Assembly: GCA_014238095.1 (NCBI GenBank)
Contig: JABABT010000017.1
Span: 1-61,482, forward strand
DNA: 61,482 nt
Direction: 5' to 3'
Source of the DNA: Candidatus Aenigmatarchaeota archaeon
GTDB lineage: Archaea; Aenigmatarchaeota; Aenigmatarchaeia; CG10238-14; SCSR01
Part shown: positions 18,629 to 28,590 of the stretch, in pieces
Layout of the letters: each line of letters begins with the position of its first letter
Position numbering within the stretch: the stretch's first letter is position 1
Made by a program: the position numbers and the translations under genes
Notes under the pieces: generated by a model
What the model saw: the letters and a program-made list of their open reading frames with translations, nothing else
Told to the model about the DNA's origin: nothing
Databases searched by the model: none

Positions 18629-20362
18629 ATGCAAAAAAATATAAGAAGTCCTATAATTGTAGTAATTGGTCATACAGATCATGGAAAAACAACACTTTTA
18701 GACAAAATAAGAGGAACAACTGTTACAGAAACAGAAGCTGGTAAAATCACACAACATACAGGTGCTAGTTATGTTCCAAGTAAAATTATAAAAAAAATTT
18801 CTGGACAATTATTAAATAAATTTAAAATTAAAATAGAAATTCCAGGATTGCTTTTTATTGATGTTCCAGGTCATAAAGCATTTTTTGGAATGAGAAAACG
18901 GGGTGGTTCAGTATCTGATCTTGCTATTTTAGTAGTGGACTCTAATAAAGGATTTCAAGAACAAACATATGAAAGTTTGAAGATATTGAAAGATTTCAAA
19001 ACACCTTTTATTGTTGTTATAACAAAAATTGATAGAATACGTGGATGGTATCCAATAAAAAATTCTTCTTTTTTAGAAAGTTTTAATAATCAAAAAGATG
19101 ATGTTAAAACAGAATTAGAAAAATCATTATATAATATTGTTTCACAATTATCAGAAAATGATATTGAAGCTGAAAGATATGATAGAATTACTGATTTTAA
19201 AAAACAAGTTGCTATTGTTCCTATATCTTCTAATACTGGTGAGGGTATATCAGATATTTTAATGGTTCTTTCTGGACTTGCTCAACAATTTCTGAAAGAT
19301 AAAATAAAAATTACAAAAGAAAATAAAGGTTCTGTATTAGAAGTGAAAAATTTCAAAGGATTAGGAACAACAATAGATGTTATTCTTTATAATGGAAAAA
19401 TAAAAAAAGGTTATTATACTATAATTGGTGGTATAGAGCCTATTGTTACAAAAATAAAAGCTATATTATCACCTAGAAAATTACAAGAACTTAGAAATGA
19501 AAAACAATTTGAATATGTTGACGAAATATATGCAGCAGCGGGTGTAAAAATATCTGCACCAAATTTAGAAAATGTTATTTCAGGTTCTCCAATAATATTT
19601 GTACCAAATGAAGAAGATATTGAAAAAGCCAAGAAAGAAATTCAAAAAGAGGTAGAATCAATAAAATTTGAGAAAGATTTTAATGGTGTTGTAATAAAAA
19701 CAGATACTCTTGGAAGTCTTGAAGCAATGATTAAAATATTGAATGATGAAAAAATACCTATTAAAAAGGCTAGTATTGGTGATGTTAACAAACAAGATGT
19801 AATTGAGGCTCATAATATAAATAATAAATCGAGAAGTGTTATTCTTGCATTTCATACAAATGTTTCAGAAGAAATTAAATTATTCTCAAAAGATATGAAA
19901 ATTAAATTATTTGAAAATAAAATAATATATAGATTACTTGAAAATTATCAAAAATGGATTGAAGAATTAAATAATAATATATTGAAAGAAAAACAAAATA
20001 TTGTTGTACATCCATGTGAAGTAAAAGTGTTGAAAGGTACTATATTTCGTCAATCTAATCCTGCTGTTTTTGGTGTAGAAATTTTAAGAGGTGTTATTAA
20101 ACCTGGTGTTGTTTTAGCACGTGATGGGAAAAGAATTGATCGTGTTAAAGGAATAGAAAAAGAAGGTAAAAATGTTTATGATGCTATCAGAGGAGATAAA
20201 GTTGCACTTAGTATGGAAAAAATAATTATAGGGAAACATTTAAATGAAGGAGATGTAATGAAAGCAATTATTTCTCCAAATAATATGAAAATATTAAAAG
20301 ATATTTATAATAGATTAAAAGAAGATGAAAAAGAATTATTAAAAGAGGATGAAAATTTTTAA
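18629..20362 (+). CDS. infB: translation initiation factor aIF5B (IF2 homologue)
   Basis: 577 aa. GTPase motifs 'VIGHTDHGKTTLLDKIRG', 'DVPGH', 'TKIDR'. No intein. Confidence 0.93.
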   Translation: MQKNIRSPIIVVIGHTDHGKTTLLDKIRGTTVTETEAGKITQHTGASYVPSKIIKKISGQLLNKFKIKIEIPGLLFIDVPGHKAFFGMRKRGGSVSDLAILVVDSNKGFQEQTYESLKILKDFKTPFIVVITKIDRIRGWYPIKNSSFLESFNNQKDDVKTELEKSLYNIVSQLSENDIEAERYDRITDFKKQVAIVPISSNTGEGISDILMVLSGLAQQFLKDKIKITKENKGSVLEVKNFKGLGTTIDVILYNGKIKKGYYTIIGGIEPIVTKIKAILSPRKLQELRNEKQFEYVDEIYAAAGVKISAPNLENVISGSPIIFVPNEEDIEKAKKEIQKEVESIKFEKDFNGVVIKTDTLGSLEAMIKILNDEKIPIKKASIGDVNKQDVIEAHNINNKSRSVILAFHTNVSEEIKLFSKDMKIKLFENKIIYRLLENYQKWIEELNNNILKEKQNIVVHPCEVKVLKGTIFRQSNPAVFGVEILRGVIKPGVVLARDGKRIDRVKGIEKEGKNVYDAIRGDKVALSMEKIIIGKHLNEGDVMKAIISPNNMKILKDIYNRLKEDEKELLKEDENF

Positions 20363-20366
20363 TTAT

Positions 20367-21095
20367 TTAACAAGTAATTTCATATTTAAATTCATTTTCA
20401 CCAATATCTAATAATAATTTATAATTTTTACCTTCTTCTGAAATTTGATTTAATTTTACAAATACTGTATTGTTAGATTCAAGAATATTTATATTATCCC
20501 AATCTATTGATTTAACAACTTTATTATCAATTTTTACTTCTACATTCTCTAAAATTATGTTTTTTGTTCCATTATTCTTTATAATTAAATTATAAGTATT
20601 TCTAACAAAATCACATGAAACATCAATAATTTCTATACTTTCTACATCATTTATTGTTTTATTCTTATTATTTTCATTTGTATAATTTGAAATTTGTGTT
20701 GATGAATTATCAATTATTTTGGTATTATTATTTAAATTAAGTGATTCTTCTGCAAATATTAATGATATTGATGAATTTATAATTCTTTTTGTAATTTGTA
20801 TTAAATTTTTTGAAATATTTATTAATTTATTATATGAATTTGTTGAATTTGGAATATTTATGTAATTTATTGATTTATTTAAATCTCCATTTATTTGGAT
20901 ATTTATATTATCAATATTTTGTTCAATAATATCTATTCTATTTTTATTTTCTAATGGTAATTTTTCTAAATTTTTATCTTTAAGATTTTCAGTATAAATA
21001 GGTTTTAAAAATCCTGAAATACCAAAAAAAAATAATAATATAATTGAAATTATAGATAATGTAAATATTATTTTCCATAAATTACTTAATATCAT
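20367..21095 (-). CDS. hypothetical membrane-anchored protein with Cys-bracketed C-terminal beta domain
   Basis: 242 aa. N-terminal TM 'IIFTLSIISIILLFFFGISGF'. The C-terminal ~90 aa 'IEIIDVSC...DW...KYEITC' resembles the pilin at 60806. Confidence 0.55.
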   Translation of the reverse strand: MILSNLWKIIFTLSIISIILLFFFGISGFLKPIYTENLKDKNLEKLPLENKNRIDIIEQNIDNINIQINGDLNKSINYINIPNSTNSYNKLINISKNLIQITKRIINSSISLIFAEESLNLNNNTKIIDNSSTQISNYTNENNKNKTINDVESIEIIDVSCDFVRNTYNLIIKNNGTKNIILENVEVKIDNKVVKSIDWDNINILESNNTVFVKLNQISEEGKNYKLLLDIGENEFKYEITC

Positions 21096-21169
21096 ATTTT
21101 CACTAATATTTTATTGAATAAGAAGACTTTTATTCTTAACATTTCAAATAATTAGATATTTTAATTTAT

Positions 21170-21523
21170 TTAATTATTATGAGAAAATTCTGGTAAATCT
21201 ACATTTACATCAATTTGTAATTCATTTATAATATTAGAAATATCTTGATCTAATTCTGTTGTTTGTAATAGGATTTTTTGTTCATCTGTTAATTCATTTG
21301 GAATTTGTATATTTACTGATTCATTTTGTACAGATTCTGTTTCTAATTGTTCAACATTTATAGTTTCAATTTTTTCAATATTAGAACCTATTTTATTTAT
21401 AATATCTTCACCTAAAATTGAATTTACTATAGATGATCCTGGAAGATCAAATCCTTTATATAATAAAAATATGTAAACCAAAATTGCTATTATAATTATA
21501 ATTCCAAACATTAATTTACCCAT
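21170..21523 (-). CDS. hypothetical membrane-anchored acidic protein
   Basis: 117 aa. N-terminal TM 'FGIIIIIAILVYIFLLY' with an acidic extracellular part. It abuts the upstream gene (2-nt gap). Confidence 0.5.
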   Translation of the reverse strand: MGKLMFGIIIIIAILVYIFLLYKGFDLPGSSIVNSILGEDIINKIGSNIEKIETINVEQLETESVQNESVNIQIPNELTDEQKILLQTTELDQDISNIINELQIDVNVDLPEFSHNN

Positions 21524-21525
21524 AT

Positions 21526-22425
21526 TTATTGAACTCCTGTTTCATCTGTTTCATGTGTTTCATTTTCATTATTCTGACGTCTATCACGTAATTCAGATGT
21601 TCTATTAGATATTTTATCTTTTATTCTATTTATTATTGATCTTTCTATATTCTTTTTTGTTTTTTCTATTTCTGATTTTATTCTATCTTCAACACTAACA
21701 TCTTGTACTATTCCTCCTAAATTAACAAATGAGTATATTAATTCAGAAGTATTAGAATTATTAGAATTTCTAATATTTTCAATAATTTGTGTGATTTGGG
21801 TTCTATGATTTTCAATTGTATTATTATCTATTGTTTTATTTTTTAACATATTACATTTTTTAATTATTTCTTCTACTGTTTCATTTACATCAGATAATGT
21901 TCTATAAAAATTACATTCTTCTCTTATTTTATCATTTTTTGATTTATTAGATAAATAATTGAAAATTTTATTTACTCTATTATTCAAATGATTTTGGTCT
22001 ATAACTAAAATTCTAGTAGATTTTTTTATATTTGTACCATTTACAGAATCATTTAAAACAATACCAGCTTTTATAGGAATGATTGATCTATATGTTGAAT
22101 TAATTCCTAATAAATTAATAAATTCTTCACGTTGTGGTATATTACATGTAAATGAAAATTCTCCATTTAATGAAGTTTTTTGTTGATTTGAATCACAAAT
22201 TATTACTCTTTCAGAATTTTGTGTTGATTTAATTGTAATGAAGAAAATTCTATAATCAAATTCTCTATTAAAATCATTTTCTACAGTACCATTTAAAATA
22301 ATTTCATCTCCAAAATTAGCAATTTTATTATTTAATTCTAAATTAATTTCTATTTCAGCTGAAGTTGTATTTGATATTACAATAAATGTCATAATAAATA
22401 CTGAAAATAATATTAAATTTTTCAT
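21526..22425 (-). CDS. hypothetical secreted protein
   Basis: 299 aa. Signal peptide 'LILFSVFIMTFIVISNTTSA', a beta-rich N-terminal half, and a helical, charged C-terminal half. Confidence 0.55.
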   Translation of the reverse strand: MKNLILFSVFIMTFIVISNTTSAEIEINLELNNKIANFGDEIILNGTVENDFNREFDYRIFFITIKSTQNSERVIICDSNQQKTSLNGEFSFTCNIPQREEFINLLGINSTYRSIIPIKAGIVLNDSVNGTNIKKSTRILVIDQNHLNNRVNKIFNYLSNKSKNDKIREECNFYRTLSDVNETVEEIIKKCNMLKNKTIDNNTIENHRTQITQIIENIRNSNNSNTSELIYSFVNLGGIVQDVSVEDRIKSEIEKTKKNIERSIINRIKDKISNRTSELRDRRQNNENETHETDETGVQ

Positions 22426-22492
22426 ATTACAAATTATATTTTATCTTTTTTATACTTTACTACTTTTTTGATTTTGTTGCAAAATTAATTGA

Positions 22493-22509
22493 TTTTTTTT
22501 TTTTTTTTT
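22493..22509. repeat. T17 (A17 on the minus strand) homopolymer in an intergenic region
   Basis: Counted directly: 8 T at 22493-22500 plus 9 T at 22501-22509. It lies between the rad50 stop and the start at 22425. Confidence 0.9.
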
Positions 22510-22569
22510 CAACAATTCTTACTTTTTCCATAAATGTTGGATATTGATTTAATTGACATAATTAAAATA

Positions 22570-24939
22570 TTATTTATCTATTTGTAAAATTTCTGTTGAT
22601 CCATGATTAATTTTATCACGAGTTAATTTATATGCATATCCTGTAACTGCTTTTTCTAATTTTTCATCATGAGTTATTAAGAAAGTTTGATCTATTAAAT
22701 TTCCGATATGTTCACTTAATGTTGTTCCTAAATCTTCTACTGCTTTTGTATCCATATTAACTGTAGGTTCATCAAGAATTAACCATTTTAATTGTGGTGC
22801 TAAAACAAGTGCAAATGATATTCTTAATGTTAAAGATGATATTGTTCTTTCTCCACCTGATGCAAATCCTTCTACATTTACCCATTTATTTGGTCTTTCT
22901 TGAAGTTGTAAAATATAATCACCTTTTTCTATTGTAATTCTTATTCCAATAAAATCTTTATATGAGTAAAGTTTTGGCCATATTTCATTCATTGTATAAT
23001 TAATTGAAGTTATGAATTCTTTTCTTAATTGAATTTGTGTTTCTTCTAATGATTTTTCAAATATATTTAATTGTTTAATTATTTCATCAATTTTATTTAT
23101 ATCATTTAATTCTTTATCATATTTTGATAAAGATATTTCTAATTCATTAATTCTAGATTTTTTATCTGATAAAATTTGTTTCATTGAAATTATTTTTGCT
23201 TCTATATTTTTTTCATTTTCAATTATTTCTTTCCAATTAATTTCTAATTTTATATCATCTTTTCCTAAAATTGATTCTTTCAGTTTAGAAGTATTAAATT
23301 CTATTTGTTTTTTCTGAGTAAATAATTTTTGTATTTTTTCCTTTTTTAATTCATATTCATTCATTCTAGAATATATTTTTTCTAATATTATTTTTCTTTC
23401 TGTATTTTCTAATATATTTTTTTCCAATAATTCATTTTTTGGTTTTAATTCATTTAATTCTTTTTCAAATTTTTGATATTGTTCCTTTAAAATAGCATAA
23501 ATATTTTTATTATTATTTAATTCTGATTTTATATCATCAATATTTTTTATAAATTCTACCATTTCTGAAAGTTTTTCAAGTTGATTTTGTAATTCTTTTA
23601 ATTCATCTTTAGAAATTTTATTTTTTCCCATATCTTTAATAAAAACTTCTTCTAATTTTTTAATATCAAATTTATTTTTATTTATTAAAATTAATTTTTT
23701 CTCTTTAGTTATTTTAGAATTACATAAAGGACATTTATTTTGAATTTCATTAATATTATCTATGATTTCTTTTGAATTTTTTATTTTAATTTTAATTAAT
23801 TCCATACTTGCTTCATATATCTCTATTTTCTTTTTCTTTTTTTCAATTTTTTCTTCTAATTTATCAGGAGATAATTTTTTAGTATCAATAAATCTATTTA
23901 TATCAATTTTCCTTTCTAATTCTGCATTTAACTTATCTAATTTTTCTCTTTTTAATATTTCTGCTTCTGTTTTTGTTTTTTCATAATTTATAAGAAGTTT
24001 ATTATAATTTTCTGATTCTTTCTTAAATAATTTACTCATTTCATCTAAATTTCTAAATAATTCTCTTAAATTTTTATCTATTTCTATTTTATTTTCTCCT
24101 TTCATAGAATCTTCAATTTCTTTTATAGAAATATGTATTTCTTCAATCAATGCAAGAGTTTTTTTTTCATCTGCTTCAAGATTTTTTAACTCTTCTTTTA
24201 TTTTTCTAGAATTTCCTATTTCTTTTTCTATAAGATGTTTTTTTTGAGATTGTTTATTTAATTCAACTTCTAAATATTCTTTTTCTTTACTCATATTAAT
24301 TATAATATTTTTGAATGTTTCTAATGTTTTTTTTGATTCTTCTATATTTAATTTTTCTATAACAATTTGTTTAATATTTTTTTTATCTGAAATTTTTTTA
24401 ATAACTGACATTATATTTAACCTAGCTTTTTCAAATTTATCTATAGTTAATATATCATCAATTTTTTTCATTCTTTGACCACGTGGAATTGTTAAAAAAT
24501 AATCTAAAGAATTTTGTTCTGAATAAATAACTTTACTAAACAATTCATAATTTATTTTCAATATAGACTCAACAACATCATTTACTTTTGACGTATTTGG
24601 TGACTCAATTATTTTACCTTCTTCTTTTATTTCTGAATATGTTGTTCCTTTTCCTTTTTCTATTATTCTCTTTATAGAATAATTTTTTCCATTTAAATGA
24701 AAATAAATTTCAATTTCTGAATTTACTTTTTCAATTGGTTTATTCATTATTAAATCATCAATTTTTAATTTTCTTGCTTGTAAACTAGGAAATGTACCAA
24801 AAAGACAAAAACATACTGCATCAAGTATGCTAGATTTACCACTACCAATTATTCCAACTAAAGCATTTGTACCTTTACTAAAAGCTAATTCTGTATTATT
24901 ATGAGATCTCCAATTTTTTACTTTTACATTTGTTATAAT
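22570..24939 (-). CDS. rad50: DNA double-strand break repair ATPase Rad50 (start non-canonical; track ORF is N-terminally truncated)
   Basis: Zinc hook 'NKCPLCNS', long coiled coils, signature 'SGGERT', Walker B 'LILDEPT'. In-frame upstream of the track ATG (24747) I read '(I)ITNVKVKNWRSHNNTELAFSKGTNALVGIIGSGKSSILDAV', which is the Rad50 N-terminus plus Walker A. That stretch has no ATG/GTG/TTG, but AGGTGG sits 7 nt before the ATT at 24939. Confidence 0.88.
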   Translation of the reverse strand: MITNVKVKNWRSHNNTELAFSKGTNALVGIIGSGKSSILDAVCFCLFGTFPSLQARKLKIDDLIMNKPIEKVNSEIEIYFHLNGKNYSIKRIIEKGKGTTYSEIKEEGKIIESPNTSKVNDVVESILKINYELFSKVIYSEQNSLDYFLTIPRGQRMKKIDDILTIDKFEKARLNIMSVIKKISDKKNIKQIVIEKLNIEESKKTLETFKNIIINMSKEKEYLEVELNKQSQKKHLIEKEIGNSRKIKEELKNLEADEKKTLALIEEIHISIKEIEDSMKGENKIEIDKNLRELFRNLDEMSKLFKKESENYNKLLINYEKTKTEAEILKREKLDKLNAELERKIDINRFIDTKKLSPDKLEEKIEKKKKKIEIYEASMELIKIKIKNSKEIIDNINEIQNKCPLCNSKITKEKKLILINKNKFDIKKLEEVFIKDMGKNKISKDELKELQNQLEKLSEMVEFIKNIDDIKSELNNNKNIYAILKEQYQKFEKELNELKPKNELLEKNILENTERKIILEKIYSRMNEYELKKEKIQKLFTQKKQIEFNTSKLKESILGKDDIKLEINWKEIIENEKNIEAKIISMKQILSDKKSRINELEISLSKYDKELNDINKIDEIIKQLNIFEKSLEETQIQLRKEFITSINYTMNEIWPKLYSYKDFIGIRITIEKGDYILQLQERPNKWVNVEGFASGGERTISSLTLRISFALVLAPQLKWLILDEPTVNMDTKAVEDLGTTLSEHIGNLIDQTFLITHDEKLEKAVTGYAYKLTRDKINHGSTEILQIDK

Positions 24940-26183
24940 AATTTTCCACCTACATCATGAAGTGTTTTTTGATTTCCAGATAATATTGAAATAGTTTTAT
25001 CAATTTCTCCATTTATCATTAATTCAAATAATTGTTGAAAATTAAAATTCAACGAAAATTTTAATTCATCTAAATTATTTTTCAATAAATTTATTCCAAT
25101 TTCTTCAACAGATAATCTTTGTTCTCTAAGAGTTTTCATGAATTCCATTTTTTCTGTTATTTCAACTGATTCTAATTTTTTAACGAAATTTAATAATAAT
25201 TTATCAGAATATTTTTTATTAAATACAGCAATATAATGATCAATAAAATCTGTATCTTTTCCAAATATTTTTACTTTTACTACAGGTTTTTTTAGAAAAT
25301 TTTTATTAACAATATTTGTAAATAAAATATCTAATTCTTTTCTAATAATTTCTGAATTATTATTTTTAATCTCATAATAAAAAAATTTTCTATTTGAATT
25401 TATAGGTATAAATTCTACTTGAGGAGATTTAGAATTTTCAAAATTAATTTTATGGAAACCTTTTACTGATTTTGATTCATTTTCATTAAATTGTGTAGTT
25501 ACAGTACTTCCAAGTATAATAAAAATAGATTCTCCTATTTTATCAATAATTTTATTATGTATATGACCATTTAAAATAACATCAAAACCTTTTGGAAAAT
25601 TTTCTATTTTTAAATCAACTATTTCTAATGGTGAATAAACATATTTATCAATATTTTGATGAATCATTAAAATATTAAAAGAATCAAATATAGGTTTTGG
25701 ATTCCATAATTGAAGTGTTGATTTTGAGTATCTTTCTGGAACTGATGACATACCATGTATTGCAACTTTAACTCCATTCTTTTCAAAAACAATATTTTCT
25801 TTATCAAGATGAATTAATATACCTGCTTGATCAAGTGCTTGTATAACATTTTTCTCATTAGCTAATATTCTATCATGATTTCCATGTAATGATATAAATG
25901 GTATTGAATTTAATGTTCTTTCATGTATTTTCTTTAAATTTTTTGTTGAACTAATAAAATTTATTCCAGATTTTTCTATAAGAGGTTTTGTTAAAATTGA
26001 TATTGCTTTAGCCCAAGTATTTGTTCTTGGATATCTAGAATCAAACATATCTCCAGCACATAATATTAAATCACAATCAAGAGAATTTTCTATAGCCTCT
26101 TTCATATTATCAAATGAATCATCTTCTAAATTAGAATTATGACTTAATCCAAGATGACAATCAGATATAACAGATATTTTCAC
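24933..26183 (-). CDS. mre11: DNA double-strand break repair nuclease Mre11
   Basis: 416 aa with phosphoesterase motifs 'SDCHLG', 'AGDMFD', 'LHGNHD', 'MIHQNI', 'NGHIHN'. Confidence 0.9.
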   Translation of the reverse strand: MKISVISDCHLGLSHNSNLEDDSFDNMKEAIENSLDCDLILCAGDMFDSRYPRTNTWAKAISILTKPLIEKSGINFISSTKNLKKIHERTLNSIPFISLHGNHDRILANEKNVIQALDQAGILIHLDKENIVFEKNGVKVAIHGMSSVPERYSKSTLQLWNPKPIFDSFNILMIHQNIDKYVYSPLEIVDLKIENFPKGFDVILNGHIHNKIIDKIGESIFIILGSTVTTQFNENESKSVKGFHKINFENSKSPQVEFIPINSNRKFFYYEIKNNNSEIIRKELDILFTNIVNKNFLKKPVVKVKIFGKDTDFIDHYIAVFNKKYSDKLLLNFVKKLESVEITEKMEFMKTLREQRLSVEEIGINLLKNNLDELKFSLNFNFQQLFELMINGEIDKTISILSGNQKTLHDVGGKLL

Positions 26184-26273
26184 ATAAATAATTTATTTTT
26201 AATTTATTTAAATTTTAGAATTTTAACTAAAATGAAAACTATATTTAATATGTATACAAATTATAATAATAAT

Positions 26274-27713
26274 ATGTCTAAGAAACAAGGACTTACAGTT
26301 AAGAAATCAAATTTTTCTGAATGGTTTACTCAAATTATTGATAAAGCGGATTTAGCAGATATTAGATATGGAATTCAAGGATTTATTGTTCATAAATCAT
26401 GGTCTATAAGAATAATAAAACAAATAATAAATATGTTTGAAGAAAGTCTTGAAAAAGAAGGACATGAACCTGTTCTTTTTCCATTACTTATACCTGAAGA
26501 GAATTTAAAAAAAGAAGCAGAACATTTTGGATTTTTGCCTGAAGTTTTTTGGGTCAGTCAAAAAGGTGCAAATGAAACATTAAATAAAAGATTAGCATTG
26601 AGACCAACAAGTGAAAGTGCATTTTATCCTATGTATTCTTTATGGATTAGAAGTTATCGTGATTTACCTTTGAAAAAATATCAATCTGTAACTGCTTATA
26701 GAAATGAATCTGTTACTAGACCTTTTATACGTGGACATGAATTTATTTGGATTGAATCCCATGATGTATTTGAAACTCATGAAGAATCATTGAAACAAAT
26801 TAAAAATGATATTAATATTATGAAAAATATTATGATAGAAAAATTAGGAATTCCTATTTTATCTTTTAATAGACCAGAATGGGATAAATTTTTAGGAGCT
26901 GAAAGTACTTTTGCTATTGATGTATTAATGCCAGATAAGAAAGTTTTACAAGTAGGAGCTACACATGATCTAACTCAGAAATTTTCTAAAACTTTTGATA
27001 TAAAATATTTAGATAAAAATGGAAATGAAAATTATGTTTGGCAAACATGTTTTGGTCCTGGTATTTGGAGAATATTTGCTGCATTAATATCAATTCATGG
27101 TGATGATAAAGGACTTAAATTACCATTTGATATTGCACCTATACAAGTTGTAATTATTCCTATAATTTCTAAAGATAATAATTCAAAAATAATTAAAAAA
27201 TGTGAATTATTGAAAAATACTATTGGTAAGAAATTTAGAGTTTATATAGATGATACAAAAAAAACTCCTGGTGAAAAATATAATAAATGGGAATTATATG
27301 GTGTTCCTTTTAGAATTGAAATTGGTATAAAAGAATTAAAATCAAATTTTGTTACATTAAGTAAAAGGTATAATAAAACTAAAATTAAAATTAAATATAA
27401 TTCTTTGGAAAATAAAATAGAAAAACTTTCTTTGGAAATGAATAAAATTTTATTAAATGATGCTAATAAATTTTTAAAAAATAATTTGAGAAATGCTAAA
27501 AATAAAAACGATTTTTTCAAATATGTTGAAAATGGTGGTATTATTAAAGCTACTTTTTGTGGGAAAGAAAATTGTGCTAGAGAAATTCAAAATTATACAA
27601 AAGGATTGAAAATTCGTGGTACTTTTTATGGTAAAAATGAAAAAGTTCTTGGAAAATGTATTTATTGTAATAAATCTGCAAAGAAAAATGTTTATATGGC
27701 TAAACAATATTAA
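26274..27713 (+). CDS. proS: prolyl-tRNA synthetase (archaeal/eukaryotic type)
   Basis: The start is reset to MSKKQGLTVKK... (ATG 26274), because the track start at 26154 overlaps mre11. Class II motifs include 'LRPTSE'. There is a C-terminal Cys cluster, and the protein ends in Tyr as in archaeal-type ProRS. Confidence 0.92.
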   Translation: MSKKQGLTVKKSNFSEWFTQIIDKADLADIRYGIQGFIVHKSWSIRIIKQIINMFEESLEKEGHEPVLFPLLIPEENLKKEAEHFGFLPEVFWVSQKGANETLNKRLALRPTSESAFYPMYSLWIRSYRDLPLKKYQSVTAYRNESVTRPFIRGHEFIWIESHDVFETHEESLKQIKNDINIMKNIMIEKLGIPILSFNRPEWDKFLGAESTFAIDVLMPDKKVLQVGATHDLTQKFSKTFDIKYLDKNGNENYVWQTCFGPGIWRIFAALISIHGDDKGLKLPFDIAPIQVVIIPIISKDNNSKIIKKCELLKNTIGKKFRVYIDDTKKTPGEKYNKWELYGVPFRIEIGIKELKSNFVTLSKRYNKTKIKIKYNSLENKIEKLSLEMNKILLNDANKFLKNNLRNAKNKNDFFKYVENGGIIKATFCGKENCAREIQNYTKGLKIRGTFYGKNEKVLGKCIYCNKSAKKNVYMAKQY

Positions 27714-27914
27714 TTAATATTTTTTTAGAAATTTATAATAAAAATCTAATATGTAAAATAATATTTATTGAAAATATTTAATTTTAAATAAAATTTTAAT
27801 ATTATTTTTTGTAGTGGAATAAATTAATTTTCTAATTTGTTACAAAGTCAATATAACAACAAATATTTAAACCATATTTTCTAAATATAATTAACTAATT
27901 TTGGAGATTTTTAA

Positions 27915-28559
27915 ATGAATATTCCATTTGAATTCAAAAATACAAAACAAGAAAGACCTGAAATGAAGAAGACAGGTACAACAACTTTAGGTATGTTATG
28001 TAAAGATTGTGTTGTTGTAGCAGCTGATAAAAAAGCCACAATGGGATATTTAATAGCAAATAAAGAATCATTGAAAATACAAACATTAGATGATCATATT
28101 GTTATGACTGTAGCAGGTTCATTAGGAGATGCTCAAACTTTAGCAAAATATTTAAAAGCAGAATTAAAACTTTTCAAATTAGCAAATGGGAGGAACATAT
28201 CTGTTAAAGGAGCAGCTTCCCTTTTATCAAATATATTACAAAATAATAAATTTTATCCTTATTTCGTTCAATTAATTATAGCCGGATATGATGATAATGG
28301 ACCATCAATGTTTACACTTGATGCAATAGGAAGTTGTGAAGAAGAGAAAAAATTCTTCTCAACAGGTTCAGGTTCTCCTATGGCTCTTGGTGTTCTAGAA
28401 GATAATTTCAAAGAAAATTTATCAATAGAAGAAGCTAAGAAACTTGCTCATCGCTCAATAAAAGCTGCTATAAATAGAGACATAGCATCAGGTGGTAATG
28501 GAATTGATTTGTGTACTGTTACAAAAAATGGAATTAAAATAACAAAAACATCAATTTAG
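27915..28559 (+). CDS. psmB: proteasome beta subunit
   Basis: 214 aa. A short propeptide is followed by the catalytic 'TGTTTLGM'. A GGAG motif lies upstream. Confidence 0.93.
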   Translation: MNIPFEFKNTKQERPEMKKTGTTTLGMLCKDCVVVAADKKATMGYLIANKESLKIQTLDDHIVMTVAGSLGDAQTLAKYLKAELKLFKLANGRNISVKGAASLLSNILQNNKFYPYFVQLIIAGYDDNGPSMFTLDAIGSCEEEKKFFSTGSGSPMALGVLEDNFKENLSIEEAKKLAHRSIKAAINRDIASGGNGIDLCTVTKNGIKITKTSI

Positions 28560-28590
28560 TTTTGTTCATTTTTTAAAATATAGTGATTAA

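Noticed and set aside
24933-24951. Programmed -1 frameshift fusing Mre11 to Rad50.
   Set aside because: There is no canonical X-XXY-YYZ slippery heptamer (only A-AAA-T), and I saw no obvious downstream structure. SD-directed ATT/ATA initiation explains the data more simply. It is kept only as a minor alternative in the rad50 finding.
26154-26273. A 40-codon N-terminal extension of proS in the ORF track (MTIRYNRYFHINNLF...).
   Set aside because: It overlaps the mre11 5' end on the other strand and has no ProRS-like sequence. The conserved ProRS N-terminus begins at MSKKQGLTVKK (ATG 26274).
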